Positions 1-11,800 of a stretch of DNA of 64,000 bases are shown piece by piece. The stretch comes from a virus. Taxonomy: Duplodnaviria > Heunggongvirae > Uroviricota > Caudoviricetes. The notes below the pieces were generated by a model. It was not told the DNA's origin. It searched no databases and saw nothing but the letters and a program-made list of their open reading frames with translations. Location: positions 10,096-74,095 of the IMG/VR virus record IMGVR_UViG_3300017917_002560. One strand, given 5' to 3'. Made by a program: the position numbers and the translations under genes. The stretch's first letter is position 1. Each line of letters starts with the position of its first letter.

Positions 1-1115
1 TGTAAGATTGTTCCTGAAGCAAGAGTGCTTACCGCTGGAATGTTGTACCATCCACGATTTACGTTGATTGTAGTCAAATCAGGAACATCAACAATCTGTG
101 ATATTTCCATGTCTGACACAACGTACACATTGTTGCCAATTGAAATATTTGCACCGGCGCCGTTGGTGTTGTTTCGACGACGCACTACAGTCAGCGCATT
201 GGTCAATACTGATGTAACTGCCATAATTTCGTAAACTCCAGCAGTGTCAGTTTGCACAATGATATACTCACCAGCACTAATGCCTGCGGCAGAAGCGTTG
301 GTTACGTTGACTGTTGTGGTTGCTGTGCTAGTAATGTTGGCCACAGCAATGGTTGTACCACCCGATGTTGGTCGTCCAACAATTAGAATATTGTCACCAG
401 CAGTGAATCCAGTTGTACTGGCCACGGTGAATGTTCTCTCAGCTGAACTGTTGATATTGGCTGTTGTGTAATTTGAGGTAAACGGAGTAACGTTACCTTG
501 AGTTTGACTGATCAACAATACGTAATCATCTGCTACCCACGGTGCTGTGCCTTGGTTTGCCAATCGAACAGCAGTGTCAACGTTGCTGGAAATAGTGTCA
601 GTACTGGCGATGTAAGTCAAATATCCGTTGGTGTTGTACACCAGGTCAGCACCAATATCTTCGTAAAAACCAGGAATGTTATTGGTAGTGCTAACGTTCT
701 GCCACTTGGTTTGTTGTAGACCATATTCAAAGTCAGCGTCAATCAGTGATTGCGGGTTAGCAACACGACTACGTCCAATTGCGTCTTGTTCAAAATCCCA
801 AGGCTCGGTTTGAACTGCCTGAGACTCATAATAAATTGCCAAGGCATCGGCAGCATTCATTGAACTAGTATCAAAGTTCAATGTCAGTGTAGTTACGCCA
901 GCATAGGCATACGGAAAGTTGGCATTGCCACCTTGTCCACTCCAACTCACTGTTCCCCCTAAATTGGGATCGCTGAAATTATAGATACAAGTATTTGTCG
1001 TGGTGTTATATATGGCCAGGAAGTCTTCAAGATTAACTCGACCCTGTACTTCAATTGTTCCTAATCCTGACGTACCTGGTGAAAATACGTAATCATAAAT
1101 TCTGCTTCTTGCCAT
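1..1115 (-). CDS. Virion structural / tail-associated protein, 5' part (runs off the left edge; not in the ORF track)
   Basis: ATG at 1115-1113, 3 nt after the TAA of the upstream gene. Manual translation MARSRIYDYVFSPGTSGLGTIEV...PQSLIDADFEYGLQQTKWQ stays open to position 1. Lies within the fibre gene cluster. Confidence 0.75.
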   Translation of the reverse strand, partial: MARSRIYDYVFSPGTSGLGTIEVQGRVNLEDFLAIYNTTTNTCIYNFSDPNLGGTVSWSGQGGNANFPYAYAGVTTLTLNFDTSSMNAADALAIYYESQAVQTEPWDFEQDAIGRSRVANPQSLIDADFEYGLQQTKWQNVSTTNNIPGFYEDIGADLVYNTNGYLTYIASTDTISSNVDTAVRLANQGTAPWVADDYVLLISQTQGNVTPFTSNYTTANINSSAERTFTVASTTGFTAGDNILIVGRPTSGGTTIAVANITSTATTTVNVTNASAAGISAGEYIIVQTDTAGVYEIMAVTSVLTNALTVVRRRNNTNGAGANISIGNNVYVVSDMEISQIVDVPDLTTINVNRGWYNIPAVSTLASGTIL

Positions 1116-1118
1116 TTG

Positions 1119-1517
1119 TTAAACTCCAAAAATTATTGAATCTGCCAGCAAACGTGCTTTGAGTGTGGTGTTAAATTTGTCATAACTCACACTGGCCGGT
1201 GCCAATTTACTATTTGTAACTGTCGCATCGCTGGGCGTTCCAGTATATAGTGTGTCGCCCATGATAATACCAAAAAACGTTGTCAAAGGGGCAGGTGGGT
1301 TTGCAAAACTAATTGTTGGTCCTGAAATACTAAAATCAACATCGGGATTCAGCACACTACCGGCCAATACCACCATCATGGCATAAGCAGTGGGCGGCGT
1401 GACTGCTTGCCCGCCCACAGTGATATTAAATGTTGTCAATAACCCGTTGAATTGCGGGGTTAGATCATCCATTTTTCTGTAGTTACCAATTTGCGGTACG
1501 TTACCTACGTATGCCAT
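1119..1517 (-). CDS. Small tail-fibre-associated structural protein (132 aa)
   Basis: MAYVGNVPQIGNYRKMDDLTPQFNG... type N-terminus seen in aquatic myovirus fibre clusters; SD AAGGA upstream; tightly packed with its neighbours. Confidence 0.65.
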   Translation of the reverse strand: MAYVGNVPQIGNYRKMDDLTPQFNGLLTTFNITVGGQAVTPPTAYAMMVVLAGSVLNPDVDFSISGPTISFANPPAPLTTFFGIIMGDTLYTGTPSDATVTNSKLAPASVSYDKFNTTLKARLLADSIIFGV

Positions 1518-1526
1518 GTTTTTTCC

Positions 1527-4500
1527 TTAAATTTTACCCACAACAACTTCAATTGTGCCTTCGGTGCCGTTGAAATCGGCTAGAGCTTTACCAATTACAC
1601 TGCCAATGCGTGGATTAGCTTCTGCTCGTGCCATGCCGTAACCAGCTGACACCATCATGTCGCCTTTCTTAACTGGACCTAGTACTCTTGTTGGTACTCT
1701 ACCAGTCAACGCAACCACAGCTACATTCTTGCCTTCAAGTCCACTGTTCATGATATAACTTGGATTGGTAGATACCACGCCAGCTACTCTAGTATCACTA
1801 TCAATGTGACTCAATGAAACTTCGGCTGGTCCACCAAATATCAACACAGTGCCCGGTGGATATTCTGCGTCAGCTTCGTAGCACTCTGCCAAGTCAGCGT
1901 ATTGTGCTGATGTTGCTTTAGCAAACACAGTGTTAAAGTATCCAGTTGCACTGCCAATGTTACCAACTCCGTTGGCACCAGCATTGACTACGTTGCCCAG
2001 TGTTACGTTACCAGTTGATACCGATAAACTGCCACCTGTGATTGCACCAGTTACTGCCAAAGATGTCAATGTGCCTAGGCCAGTGATATTAGTCTGACTG
2101 GCAGTTTGTACTAAACCATAATAATTACCGTTGATGTTTAGTGCATCAACGTTGCCGCTGGCACTTAAACGAGCAGTGTTGACGTTGCCGCCTACCACGT
2201 TGCCAGATGCGGAAAGTGTAACACCTTGTACCAACGCCGCACTAATAATGTTACCACCGTTGACGTTACCGCTTGCGCTGATGCTGGTTCCAGTTACTGC
2301 CCCACCAACAATGGTACCTAATATATTACCACCAGTGATGTTACCTGTGGCACTGATAGATCCACCTGTAGTGATGTTGCCACCAGTTACGTTGCCTGTG
2401 GCTGTAATCAAACCAGCAGTGCGCAAGTTGCCGCCATCAATGTTGCCAGTTACGTTGACTGTTGAACCAGTGTGTGTTGTAGCGTTGACGTTGGCGCCAC
2501 CCAATATGTTACCACCAGTGATGTTACCTGTAGCACTGATTGTTCCTGCGGTAGAGAAGCTACCGCCTGTCACAGCACCTGTGGCACTGACTTCGCCAGC
2601 TGTGGTAATGTTTCCGCCAACAACGTTGGCTGTAGAAGTTATTGTGCCTGTGGCAGTAATTAAACCAGCAGTTGATATATTCCCGCCAACCACGTTGCCA
2701 ACTACACTCAATAGTGAAGCTACTCTAACTTGTCCAACGCCGTTTGGTGTTAGAACAATGTTGGCGTTGGCTGCTGTTGTTGCAATATCAAGCTGATTAG
2801 TGTCATAGATGCCACCAGTAAGGTTCAAACTTGCGCCATTGATGTTGGCCGCTGAAACAACGTTACCAGTTGCTGAAATAATTCCACTGGCAGTGACACC
2901 GGCTGCTGTAACGCCGCCCACGGCTGTAATTAATCCAGTACTAATAATGTTACCGCCAGTGATGTTGCCAGTTGCTGTAATTAGGCCGCTGGCATTGATG
3001 TTGGCCGAAACTACATTGCCACTGGCGCTGAGTGTAGTACCTTGTACCAATGTGGCTGCCAACAAGTTGCCACCGCTGATGTTTGCTGTACCAGTAATAA
3101 TGTTACCAATTGCACTGACCACGCCAGTTGAATTGATATTACCACCAGTGATGTTTGATGTAGTGGCAATCTGTGATATCACGTTGCCGCTTAGGCTCAA
3201 ACTTGTACCTAAAAATACTGTGCCAGTGATGTTACCAGTGGCAACAATGTTGGCAGTGGCGCTGAGGTTTGCCGCAGATACTAACTGAGTTGCCAACAAG
3301 TTGCCGCCAGCTACGTTACCGCTAGATGTAATGTTACCTGTGGCAGTAATCAAGCCAGCTGTGTTGACATTACCACCTGTGACGTTGCCAGTGGCGCTGA
3401 TTGCTCCACCTGCGCCAATTGCACCTGTTGTAGAAATGTTACCACCAATTACGTTGGCAGTTGCACTGATAGCCCCAACAGCGTTGATAGATCCACCTGT
3501 GCTGATGTTACCACCAGTGATGTTACCTGTGGCTGTGATTAATCCACTGGTTACAATATTACCACCAGTGACGTTGCCAGTGGCGCTGGAAATTCCAGCG
3601 GTCAATAAGTTACCACCAGTGACGTTGCCAGTTGCTGAGATTGTCCCAGTTGCCGAAACAGCTCCACCAGTTATGATGTTACCACCTGTGATGTTGCCAG
3701 TTACGCTGGCTAGTCCGCCAACAAAAGCATTGCCTGCTACACCTAATCCACCTGCTGTACGCAATGCACCAGTAGTTGTACTGGTTGATGTTGCTGTACT
3801 GGTAATGTTTGCGTTACCAGTAATTTGTACGTTGCTTCCGGCTGCTGGATCTAATGTGATATTACCAGCATTGGTTGTAACTGTCAATGCGCTGGTGTCT
3901 CTAATGCCACCAGTAATGTTTAAGTTACCACCATTAATGTTGCCAGTTGTTGTTATTGTGCCTGTGGTAACAAGATTTGCACCAGTTACGTTGCCTGCGG
4001 CGCTGACTTGACCAGCTGTTAGTATATCGCTGGTTGCACTCACAACTCCAGCACTGAGTAAATTGCCTCCAGTGATGTTGCCTGTAGCAAACACTGTGTT
4101 GGTAGCAGTAAAGTTATTGCCGTAAACGTCGCCTGCGGCGCTGACAATACCTGCTGTTCGGACGTTGCCGCCAGTTACGTTGCCACCTGCACTGGCTTGA
4201 CCAGCTGTGAACACATTACCAGCAGTAATGTTACCAGTAGCAGTAATCAGTCCTGGTGTTTCAATATTACCACCAAACACTCTACCAGTAGCAGATACTT
4301 CCCCGCCACTTAAAATGTTTCCGCCTGATAAGTTACCACTGCTGGTGATGTTGCCAGCGGCACTGATTCTAGTGGCTGCTGACACACCTTGTGTGTTGAC
4401 GTTACCAGCAGATATGATGTTACCACTGGCGCTGATAAATCCTGTTACGTCAACACTGACTGAAGTAACGTTGGCTACTTGTGCCCCAGCAACATTCATT

Positions 4501-5525
4501 ACAATGTTACCGTTGGGGCTAGGGATTATTACCTTGCTACCGCTGTTGAAGATTTGTGTTGGGTCGCCTTGGGTGCCAGTTAAGAAAAAGCCGTTACCAA
4601 CAAAATATGTACCAGAAACGTTGCCTGTGGCGCTGAGATTGGCTAGCACCAAGTCATTGTATTGGAAGCTAGGGTCTGTGGTATCAACAGTGGTTGTTGG
4701 ACGTGCTGTTAAGTTTCCAAATAGTTTGTATCGTTGATCAGTGATGTCTCGGAAATAACCAGTGTAACGAGTTTGATCAGTAAAGTATTCAGCAATGACA
4801 CCCATGTCATAAGTGTCACCAGGGTTGGCATTGGCCAAGAAAATAAACGGATCATTGACTTCCAAACTGTCAGTACCAGTTGTAGTAAATGTTCCGTTAA
4901 CTGTAAAATCGCCCACGCAAGTGATGTCACCGCCAACGTTTAGGTTGCCAATAATGCCTGCACCGCCACCAATTTGCAATGCACCAGTTGCAACACTGGT
5001 ACTCTGTGTGGTATTTGTGGTTTTTATTAATCCGTTGCCATTAATGTTGCCAGCAACGCCAATACCGCCTTGAACTGTAACGGCACCGGTTGTTACGTTG
5101 GTTGACTGCGCTTGTCCGTTAAATGTAGCACGGTTAGCACCACCCACTGTGGCCACCATTGTTGTGGCATTAGCCCAGTAAAAACCTGTGTTGTTGGCTG
5201 CAACTGAAACAATACCAGGTGCGCCTACTGTACCAGCTTGGAAAACTGTGGCTGTTAAATCAAGACTGTTTAGCGCACCAGCTCTGAATGTAACAGCAAT
5301 ATTATCGCTGCCACTGCCTGGTACGGTATTAAACAACAATGTTGTATTGTTGGCAGTGTAGTCAACAAATGGTACTTGTAACGTTCCATCAACAATTACG
5401 TCAATGTCTGATGCCGAAGCAATAGATCTTGACAGTGTAAATTGAATGGTAAGGGCGTCCCCGCTGAAAAAATCAGTACTGGTATTCAGTAACGGGGTAT
5501 TGGGGTCAAGACCTAGGTAGCTCAT
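1527..5525 (-). CDS. Long tail fibre protein (1332 aa) with Gly/Asn repeats and a C-terminal peptidase-G2/intramolecular-chaperone-like domain
   Basis: Many SATGNITGGN-type repeats. The C-terminus ATSAQYADLAECY...RVAGVVSTNP...VALTGRVP...IGKAL resembles the autocleaving chaperone domains of phage fibres. Confidence 0.8.
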   Translation of the reverse strand: MSYLGLDPNTPLLNTSTDFFSGDALTIQFTLSRSIASASDIDVIVDGTLQVPFVDYTANNTTLLFNTVPGSGSDNIAVTFRAGALNSLDLTATVFQAGTVGAPGIVSVAANNTGFYWANATTMVATVGGANRATFNGQAQSTNVTTGAVTVQGGIGVAGNINGNGLIKTTNTTQSTSVATGALQIGGGAGIIGNLNVGGDITCVGDFTVNGTFTTTGTDSLEVNDPFIFLANANPGDTYDMGVIAEYFTDQTRYTGYFRDITDQRYKLFGNLTARPTTTVDTTDPSFQYNDLVLANLSATGNVSGTYFVGNGFFLTGTQGDPTQIFNSGSKVIIPSPNGNIVMNVAGAQVANVTSVSVDVTGFISASGNIISAGNVNTQGVSAATRISAAGNITSSGNLSGGNILSGGEVSATGRVFGGNIETPGLITATGNITAGNVFTAGQASAGGNVTGGNVRTAGIVSAAGDVYGNNFTATNTVFATGNITGGNLLSAGVVSATSDILTAGQVSAAGNVTGANLVTTGTITTTGNINGGNLNITGGIRDTSALTVTTNAGNITLDPAAGSNVQITGNANITSTATSTSTTTGALRTAGGLGVAGNAFVGGLASVTGNITGGNIITGGAVSATGTISATGNVTGGNLLTAGISSATGNVTGGNIVTSGLITATGNITGGNISTGGSINAVGAISATANVIGGNISTTGAIGAGGAISATGNVTGGNVNTAGLITATGNITSSGNVAGGNLLATQLVSAANLSATANIVATGNITGTVFLGTSLSLSGNVISQIATTSNITGGNINSTGVVSAIGNIITGTANISGGNLLAATLVQGTTLSASGNVVSANINASGLITATGNITGGNIISTGLITAVGGVTAAGVTASGIISATGNVVSAANINGASLNLTGGIYDTNQLDIATTAANANIVLTPNGVGQVRVASLLSVVGNVVGGNISTAGLITATGTITSTANVVGGNITTAGEVSATGAVTGGSFSTAGTISATGNITGGNILGGANVNATTHTGSTVNVTGNIDGGNLRTAGLITATGNVTGGNITTGGSISATGNITGGNILGTIVGGAVTGTSISASGNVNGGNIISAALVQGVTLSASGNVVGGNVNTARLSASGNVDALNINGNYYGLVQTASQTNITGLGTLTSLAVTGAITGGSLSVSTGNVTLGNVVNAGANGVGNIGSATGYFNTVFAKATSAQYADLAECYEADAEYPPGTVLIFGGPAEVSLSHIDSDTRVAGVVSTNPSYIMNSGLEGKNVAVVALTGRVPTRVLGPVKKGDMMVSAGYGMARAEANPRIGSVIGKALADFNGTEGTIEVVVGKI

Positions 5526-5857
5526 TAGGTGATTTCCATGATACTCATAACAACATCAACACTGGATGCGGCACTGCTTTGGACATAAATTTTGTCGCCA
5601 GTTTCTAACACTACTTTTTGATCTCCACCAACTACTACCAAGCTTGATCCTGAACTAATTGGAGCTGTAGTTAGCAAACTGGTATTGGCTGATCCATCAT
5701 TGATAAACACGTTTGCGCTCACAGTTGAGCCCAAAATGTTTGTCACAGTCAATCCAATTATGACAGAGGTTGCGCCAGCACCCACTGTGTAGCTTCCTAC
5801 TATAGTGGGTGTTGTTCCTACTGATCTGCTGAGTTTTCTTTTAAACGTATTTGCCAT
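5525..5857 (-). CDS. Small conserved phage structural protein (110 aa)
   Basis: MANTFKRKL...IIGLTVTN...VVVGGDQKVVLETGD; the stop overlaps the next start (TAATG); beta-rich protein typical of fibre clusters. Confidence 0.7.
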   Translation of the reverse strand: MANTFKRKLSRSVGTTPTIVGSYTVGAGATSVIIGLTVTNILGSTVSANVFINDGSANTSLLTTAPISSGSSLVVVGGDQKVVLETGDKIYVQSSAASSVDVVMSIMEIT

Positions 5858-5861
5858 TTTA

Positions 5862-8800
5862 TTATCCTAGTGCTATTGCCAATGCCACTGCATCTGCCAC
5901 TGTTGCTACCTGAGCACCTGCAATATTTATGGTGCTACTTGCGACGATATTATTGCCAGTGATGTTACCAGTAGCAGTTATATTTCCTGCTGTCAACGCT
6001 GTGATGTTGGCACTGGTTCCAAGAATGCTGGCTGCTTGAATTCTGCCTGTGACATCTAAATCTCTTGTGCTAACCAAATCTTCTACAAATACATCATTCT
6101 GCACAGTTAAACTAGCAGACATTATTACATCTGGAGTCACAGTTATTGCGGAACTGTCTCCACTGTCAATCAGTGTTGTAAAGATTGGGCCATAAACACC
6201 ATTGGTACCTATGACGTTGCCACCGGCCACATTGGCTGTAGATGTTACGTTTCCAGTTGCTGTTACAGCACCAGTTGAAACGTTTCCGCCTGTGATATTA
6301 CCAGTTGCTGAAATTATACCTGGTGTATCAAAATTAGCACCAGTTACATTGCCGTTTGCAGTGATCAGTCCAGCTGTTGATACATTGCCACCTATGATGT
6401 TGCCAGTTGCACTGATCAATCCACCAGTGATAATGTTTGCACCGCTGACGTCGCCCAGTGCCGCAACCTTGCCGCTGGAATTAACGTTGCCACCCGAAAT
6501 GTTGGCAGTTGCAATAACTTGTCCGCTGGCTACAACATTACCACCACTGACGTTGCCAGTATTGGTCGTAATGTTACCAGTTGCGCTGACAATACCGCCA
6601 GTGTTGATATTACCACCTGTGACGTTGCCAATACCACTGATCTGTGCACCGCTCAGTATGTTACCACCAGAAATGTTTCCAGTGTTGGTCGCAATGTTAC
6701 CTGCGGCACTGATTGCACCGCCAACATTGATGTTGGCTGTTGCACCGTTGGTTGCAAATGTGCCAGTGATGCTGAGTGCGTTTGTGGTTTGATCAAATGT
6801 AAATCCGCCACTTTGCCCAATTATGCCATTGTTGTTGTACAGCACACGGGTGTTGCTACCAGCACCCAAAGTGATGTTACCAGTGATATTACCAATAAAG
6901 TTTTGTGCAATGACGTTTGTAGCACTGATAATGTTACCAGCTGACGAAATCTGAGTGGTTGATATTAAGTTACCACCTGTGATGTTGCCGGTAGCTGTAA
7001 TTAATCCACCTGTGCCGATGTTGCCACCAGAAATGTTGCCACCAGCATCAATCAAACCAACTACACTGAGTAACCCGCTGGTGTTGATGTTACCACCAAC
7101 AACGTTTCCAATTGCACTGACCAATCCTGCTGTATTGACGTTGCCACCAATTATGTTACCTGTGGCACTGACAGCACCAGCAGTACTCAAACCGCCAACA
7201 GTGGCTGTTCCAGTTGCTGATACTGCGCCCCCAGTGTTGATGTTACCACCAACCAAATTACCAGTGGCACTGACTTGACCAGTTGACAACAAGTTGGCAC
7301 CAGTTATGTTGGCACCAGTGATTGAACCAGTTGCTGTGATCAGTCCAACGGTTACAACGTTACCACCTACAACGTTACCAGTTGCACTTACAGTGCTTGC
7401 GGCAACTATGCCAGTGTTTAAGTTTCCGCTGTCAACGTTGCCAGCAACGCTGATCAGGCCTGGTGACAGTATGTTACCGCCTGCAATGTTACCGGTTACA
7501 TTGAATGCACTGACTACGTTGCCACTTAGACTCAAACCAACAGCGTTTAGATTACCGCCTGTGATGTTACCAGTTGCAACAACAGTGCCTGGGGTTGTGA
7601 TACCACTGGCAGCCACTGCGCCAGTTACGTTAAGCGAGCTTACTACGTTGCCGCTTAGGCTCAATCCAACAGCATTTAAGTTACCACCAAATATGTTTCC
7701 AACTGCGCTGACAATACCAGTTGTGGCAATGTTTCCACCTGCAATGTTTCCAGTGTTTAGTAAATCGCCATTGTTGATAACATTACCAGCAGTGATGTTG
7801 CCTGCGGCTGAAACAGCACCGGCTGTGGTGATGTTGCCACCTGTAACATTGGCTGCTGATGTAATTGTTCCTGTTGCTGTAATTAATCCAGCTGTGTTGA
7901 TGTTGCCGCCAACTACGTTTGCTGTTGCAGAAAGTGTTGTGACATTTACTGCTGTGGCATCAACGTTTCCTGCTGTAGTAATATTACCACCAACTAGGTT
8001 ACCAGTGGCGCTGACTAGGCCAGCTGTGTTGACATTACCACCAACTAGGTTACCAGTGGCGCTGACTTCGCCAGCAGTAGTTAAGTTACCACCAACAACG
8101 TTTGCTGTGGCACTAACTAGTCCTGCTGTGTTAATGTTACCACCAACAACGTTGGCTGTAGCACTGATTACTCCAGTTGCCGAAACTGCACCACCAGTTA
8201 CAATGTTACCACCAGTGACATTGCCAGAAACACTTACAACTGAGCTGTTTAACGTGCCAACTACGAATGTACCATACTGATTTACTGTAACAATGTCATT
8301 GGCAATTGATACGTCAATTGCGGCAATTATGCTGTTGGCGCCATTGTCGTAACCAATAAACGCAGACTTTTCTGCGCCATCATAATACCAAAGTTGTTCG
8401 CCGCGATCTTTGCCGTCATTTGTGATCAACGGAGCATTGTTTGGCCCACGGCCAATACCAATTATGGGATCTTCAACGTGCAGGCTGTTGATGTTGATGT
8501 AGCTGGTATTGCCGTTTACAATCAAATCGCCACCAACAATGACATTGCCTGTTGTGGTCATTGTACCAGCTGTAATTTCACCTGTGGTGTTGACGTTTCC
8601 GCCTATGACATTGGCCACTGCGCTGACTGCGCCCAAACTATTGATGTTACCAGTTGTGATGTTACCAGTTACACTCAAACTGGCCAATGTTCCAATACCT
8701 GTGGCTTGTACGCCAGTTAGTAAACTACCATTACCAATGTAGTAGCTGGCTGAAATATTGCCAACTGCTGTGATTTCGCCTGGTGTCAGTACATTGCCAC

Positions 8801-11800
8801 CAGTGACATTGCCAGTTATGTTGAGAGGACTTACTACGTTGCCACTTAGACTCAATCCAACTGCATTTAAATTACCGCCTGTAATGTTTCCAGTGGCAGT
8901 TACCAATCCTGCGGTGTTAAAGTTTGCGCCGCGAACATTGCCAGATGCTGACACAACACCGGTTGCACTGACATCAGTGGTTAATACATTACCACCAGTG
9001 ATATTACCAGTGGCACTGACTTGACCAGTTGTAGTTACATTGCCACCTATGATATTAGCACCACTAGTAATAGTGCCTGTAGCAGTGATCAATCCACCAG
9101 TAACAATATTGCCACCTGTGACGTTGCCGCCGGCTGTGACTTCTGCGCTGGTAACCAAATTGCCACCAGTTACATTGCCCAAAGCTGATACTACACCAGC
9201 TGTTAATAAATTACCACCTTGTATGTTTCCAGCCACAGTGGCTGTTTGTACTGTTAATGCTTGATCAATGCCATCCAACAGCAAACTACTATCGTCGGCA
9301 AACACTGAACCTTCTAGATCGCCAACAAATCTCAGAGCTGTCATTACTCCAGCAGTGTTGATGTTGCCACCAACAACGTTGCCCAAAGCACTGACTGTGC
9401 CAGCAGTGTTAATGTTGCCACCTATGACATTACCACTAGCAGTTAGTGTTACTGCACTGACTTGTGCTGTAGCTGAAATACTGTTACCAGACTGTATATC
9501 GCCGGTTGCACTTACTATACCAGCAGTATTAATATTTCCACCAGAAATATTGCCTGAAGTGGTTATAGCCGATGTTGTGTTTATTGGGCTAATAATGTTG
9601 CCACTCAAACTCAAGTTAGTAGCATTTACATTTGTAGCCGTTACATTGCCAGATATATCTGCTTGTGAGGCAAACAATCTGTTATCAACTGCATCAACTA
9701 TTAGTGTAGAGTCATCAGCAAATACTGACCCAACCAAATCACCGCGGAATTCAGTAGCTGTTACTGTGTTGGTAATGTTAGCGTTTGCACCAAAAATGGT
9801 TGCTGTAGCTATAACATTACCTCCTGCGGTGACTTCACCAGCTGTGTTGATATTGCCACCTATGACATTACCAGTTGCTGTTACCGTGCCAGCAGTGGTC
9901 AAGTTGCCACCTATGACATTGCCGCTTACTGACGCTAGTCCAGCTGTGTTAATGTTGCCACCTATGACATTACCAGTAGCCAATACTTCGCCAGCAGTAT
10001 TGATATTGCCACCTATGACATTGCCGCTTACTGACGCTAGTCCAGCTGTGTTAATGTTGCCACCAACTACGTTACCGGTTGTGGTAATTGATCCACCAGT
10101 ATATGTGGTTGCAATGATGTTTGTAGCATTGACGTTTGCACTAGTAACATTGGCTACAGCACTGATTGAACCAGTACTGTTAATTGTTCCAGCCTGAACA
10201 ATACCACTTACTGTGGCGTTGTTTGTAAAGATTTCGTTGCTAACTGCATCAACAATCAAAGTGCTGTCGTCAGCAAATACTGAACCAACCAAGTCACCTT
10301 CAAATCGTACAGCACTCAAAGTGTTGTTGACAACAATGTCATCACCAGTGATTGTGCCAGCTACAGTGAGACCACCCGGATACATTGTAATAACACCCGG
10401 TACACCTGAGATATTACCAACAATATTTCCGTCAGCCAAAGGAATGTTAAGTTCTGTAGTACCTTGTGCAATCTTGATTGCGGCACCAACGTTGGAGCTA
10501 GCAACCACACCGGTCAAGCCAGCACCGTTGCCAATAAAGATACCGTTTATGGCAGTAATGTTACCAATGGCAGTGATTGCACCAGTTGTGTTAACGTTGT
10601 TGGCTTCAACGTTACCGGCTGTGTTAATATTGCCACCACGGATGTTGCCCACGGCACTTACAACACCTGCGGTATTGACGTTGCCACCTGCTATGTTACC
10701 AGACGCTGTTACGGTCGCTGTGCTTACACCATTTGTAACATTGACGTTGTTGCCGATCAAGTTGCCGGCTGCGCTGACAACGCCATTAGATAGTACATTT
10801 CCGCCAGTGATGGTATCAGTTGCAACAATTTGTCCAGCTGAAGAAACGTTACCACCTAAAATATTTCCAGTAGCACTCACTGTGCCACCTGTGGCCACGT
10901 TGCCACCTGTCACTGTTCCAGTGGCACTCACTGTGCCACCTGTGCTTAAACCACCAACTGTGGCTGTACCAGTGGCACTGATTACGCCAGATGTTCTTAA
11001 ATTACCACTGTCAACGTTGGCTGTAACGCTTAGAGCTGTGCCAGTGATGTTTGTGCCTGCAACATTGCCACCAGTGATGTTGCCTGTGGCGCTGATTGTT
11101 CCAGAAGTTTGTAAATTTCCACCAACCACATTGCCATCGGCGCTGACTGTGGTACCACGTACCAACACAGTGCCAACAATGTTGGCACCTGTAACATTGC
11201 CTGCTGTACTGATGTTACCACCAGTCACAGTGTTGACTGCTACAACATTGCCACCACGTATGTTGCCACCTGCGCTGACAACGCCTACTGTATTGACATT
11301 TCCGCCAGTGATGTTACCAACCGCAGTTAAGTTACCAGATGTGTTGATACCCAACGGTGTGGCATCAAGAATATTGCCTACACCGCTGATGATACCACTG
11401 ATGTTTCCGTTCACACCAGTAATACTCAAAACTGTTGTGCCATTACCTAACTGGCTGGCATTGATATTACCGCTGACAGTGACGTTGGACAAGAAGCCGC
11501 CGTCACCTAAAATATATTGTCCTACAACGTTACCAGTTGTGCTGAGTCCGGCTGCTCTAACTGTACCAGTGACATTGGCGTTGGTTACGATGTTTCCGCC
11601 TAGACTCAATGTTCCAGCACGAACCTGGCCAACTGCATTTAAGTTACCACCAACATTGGCATTGGCTCCAACACTCATTACTCCTAGCACACTGGCATTG
11701 CCATTGACTTGTGTATTATAAAGTGCAGTAATGTATCCGGCTTGTATATTGCCAGTGAATGTCTCTAAGAAACTTTGTACATTGGCATTGCTGTACTGAG

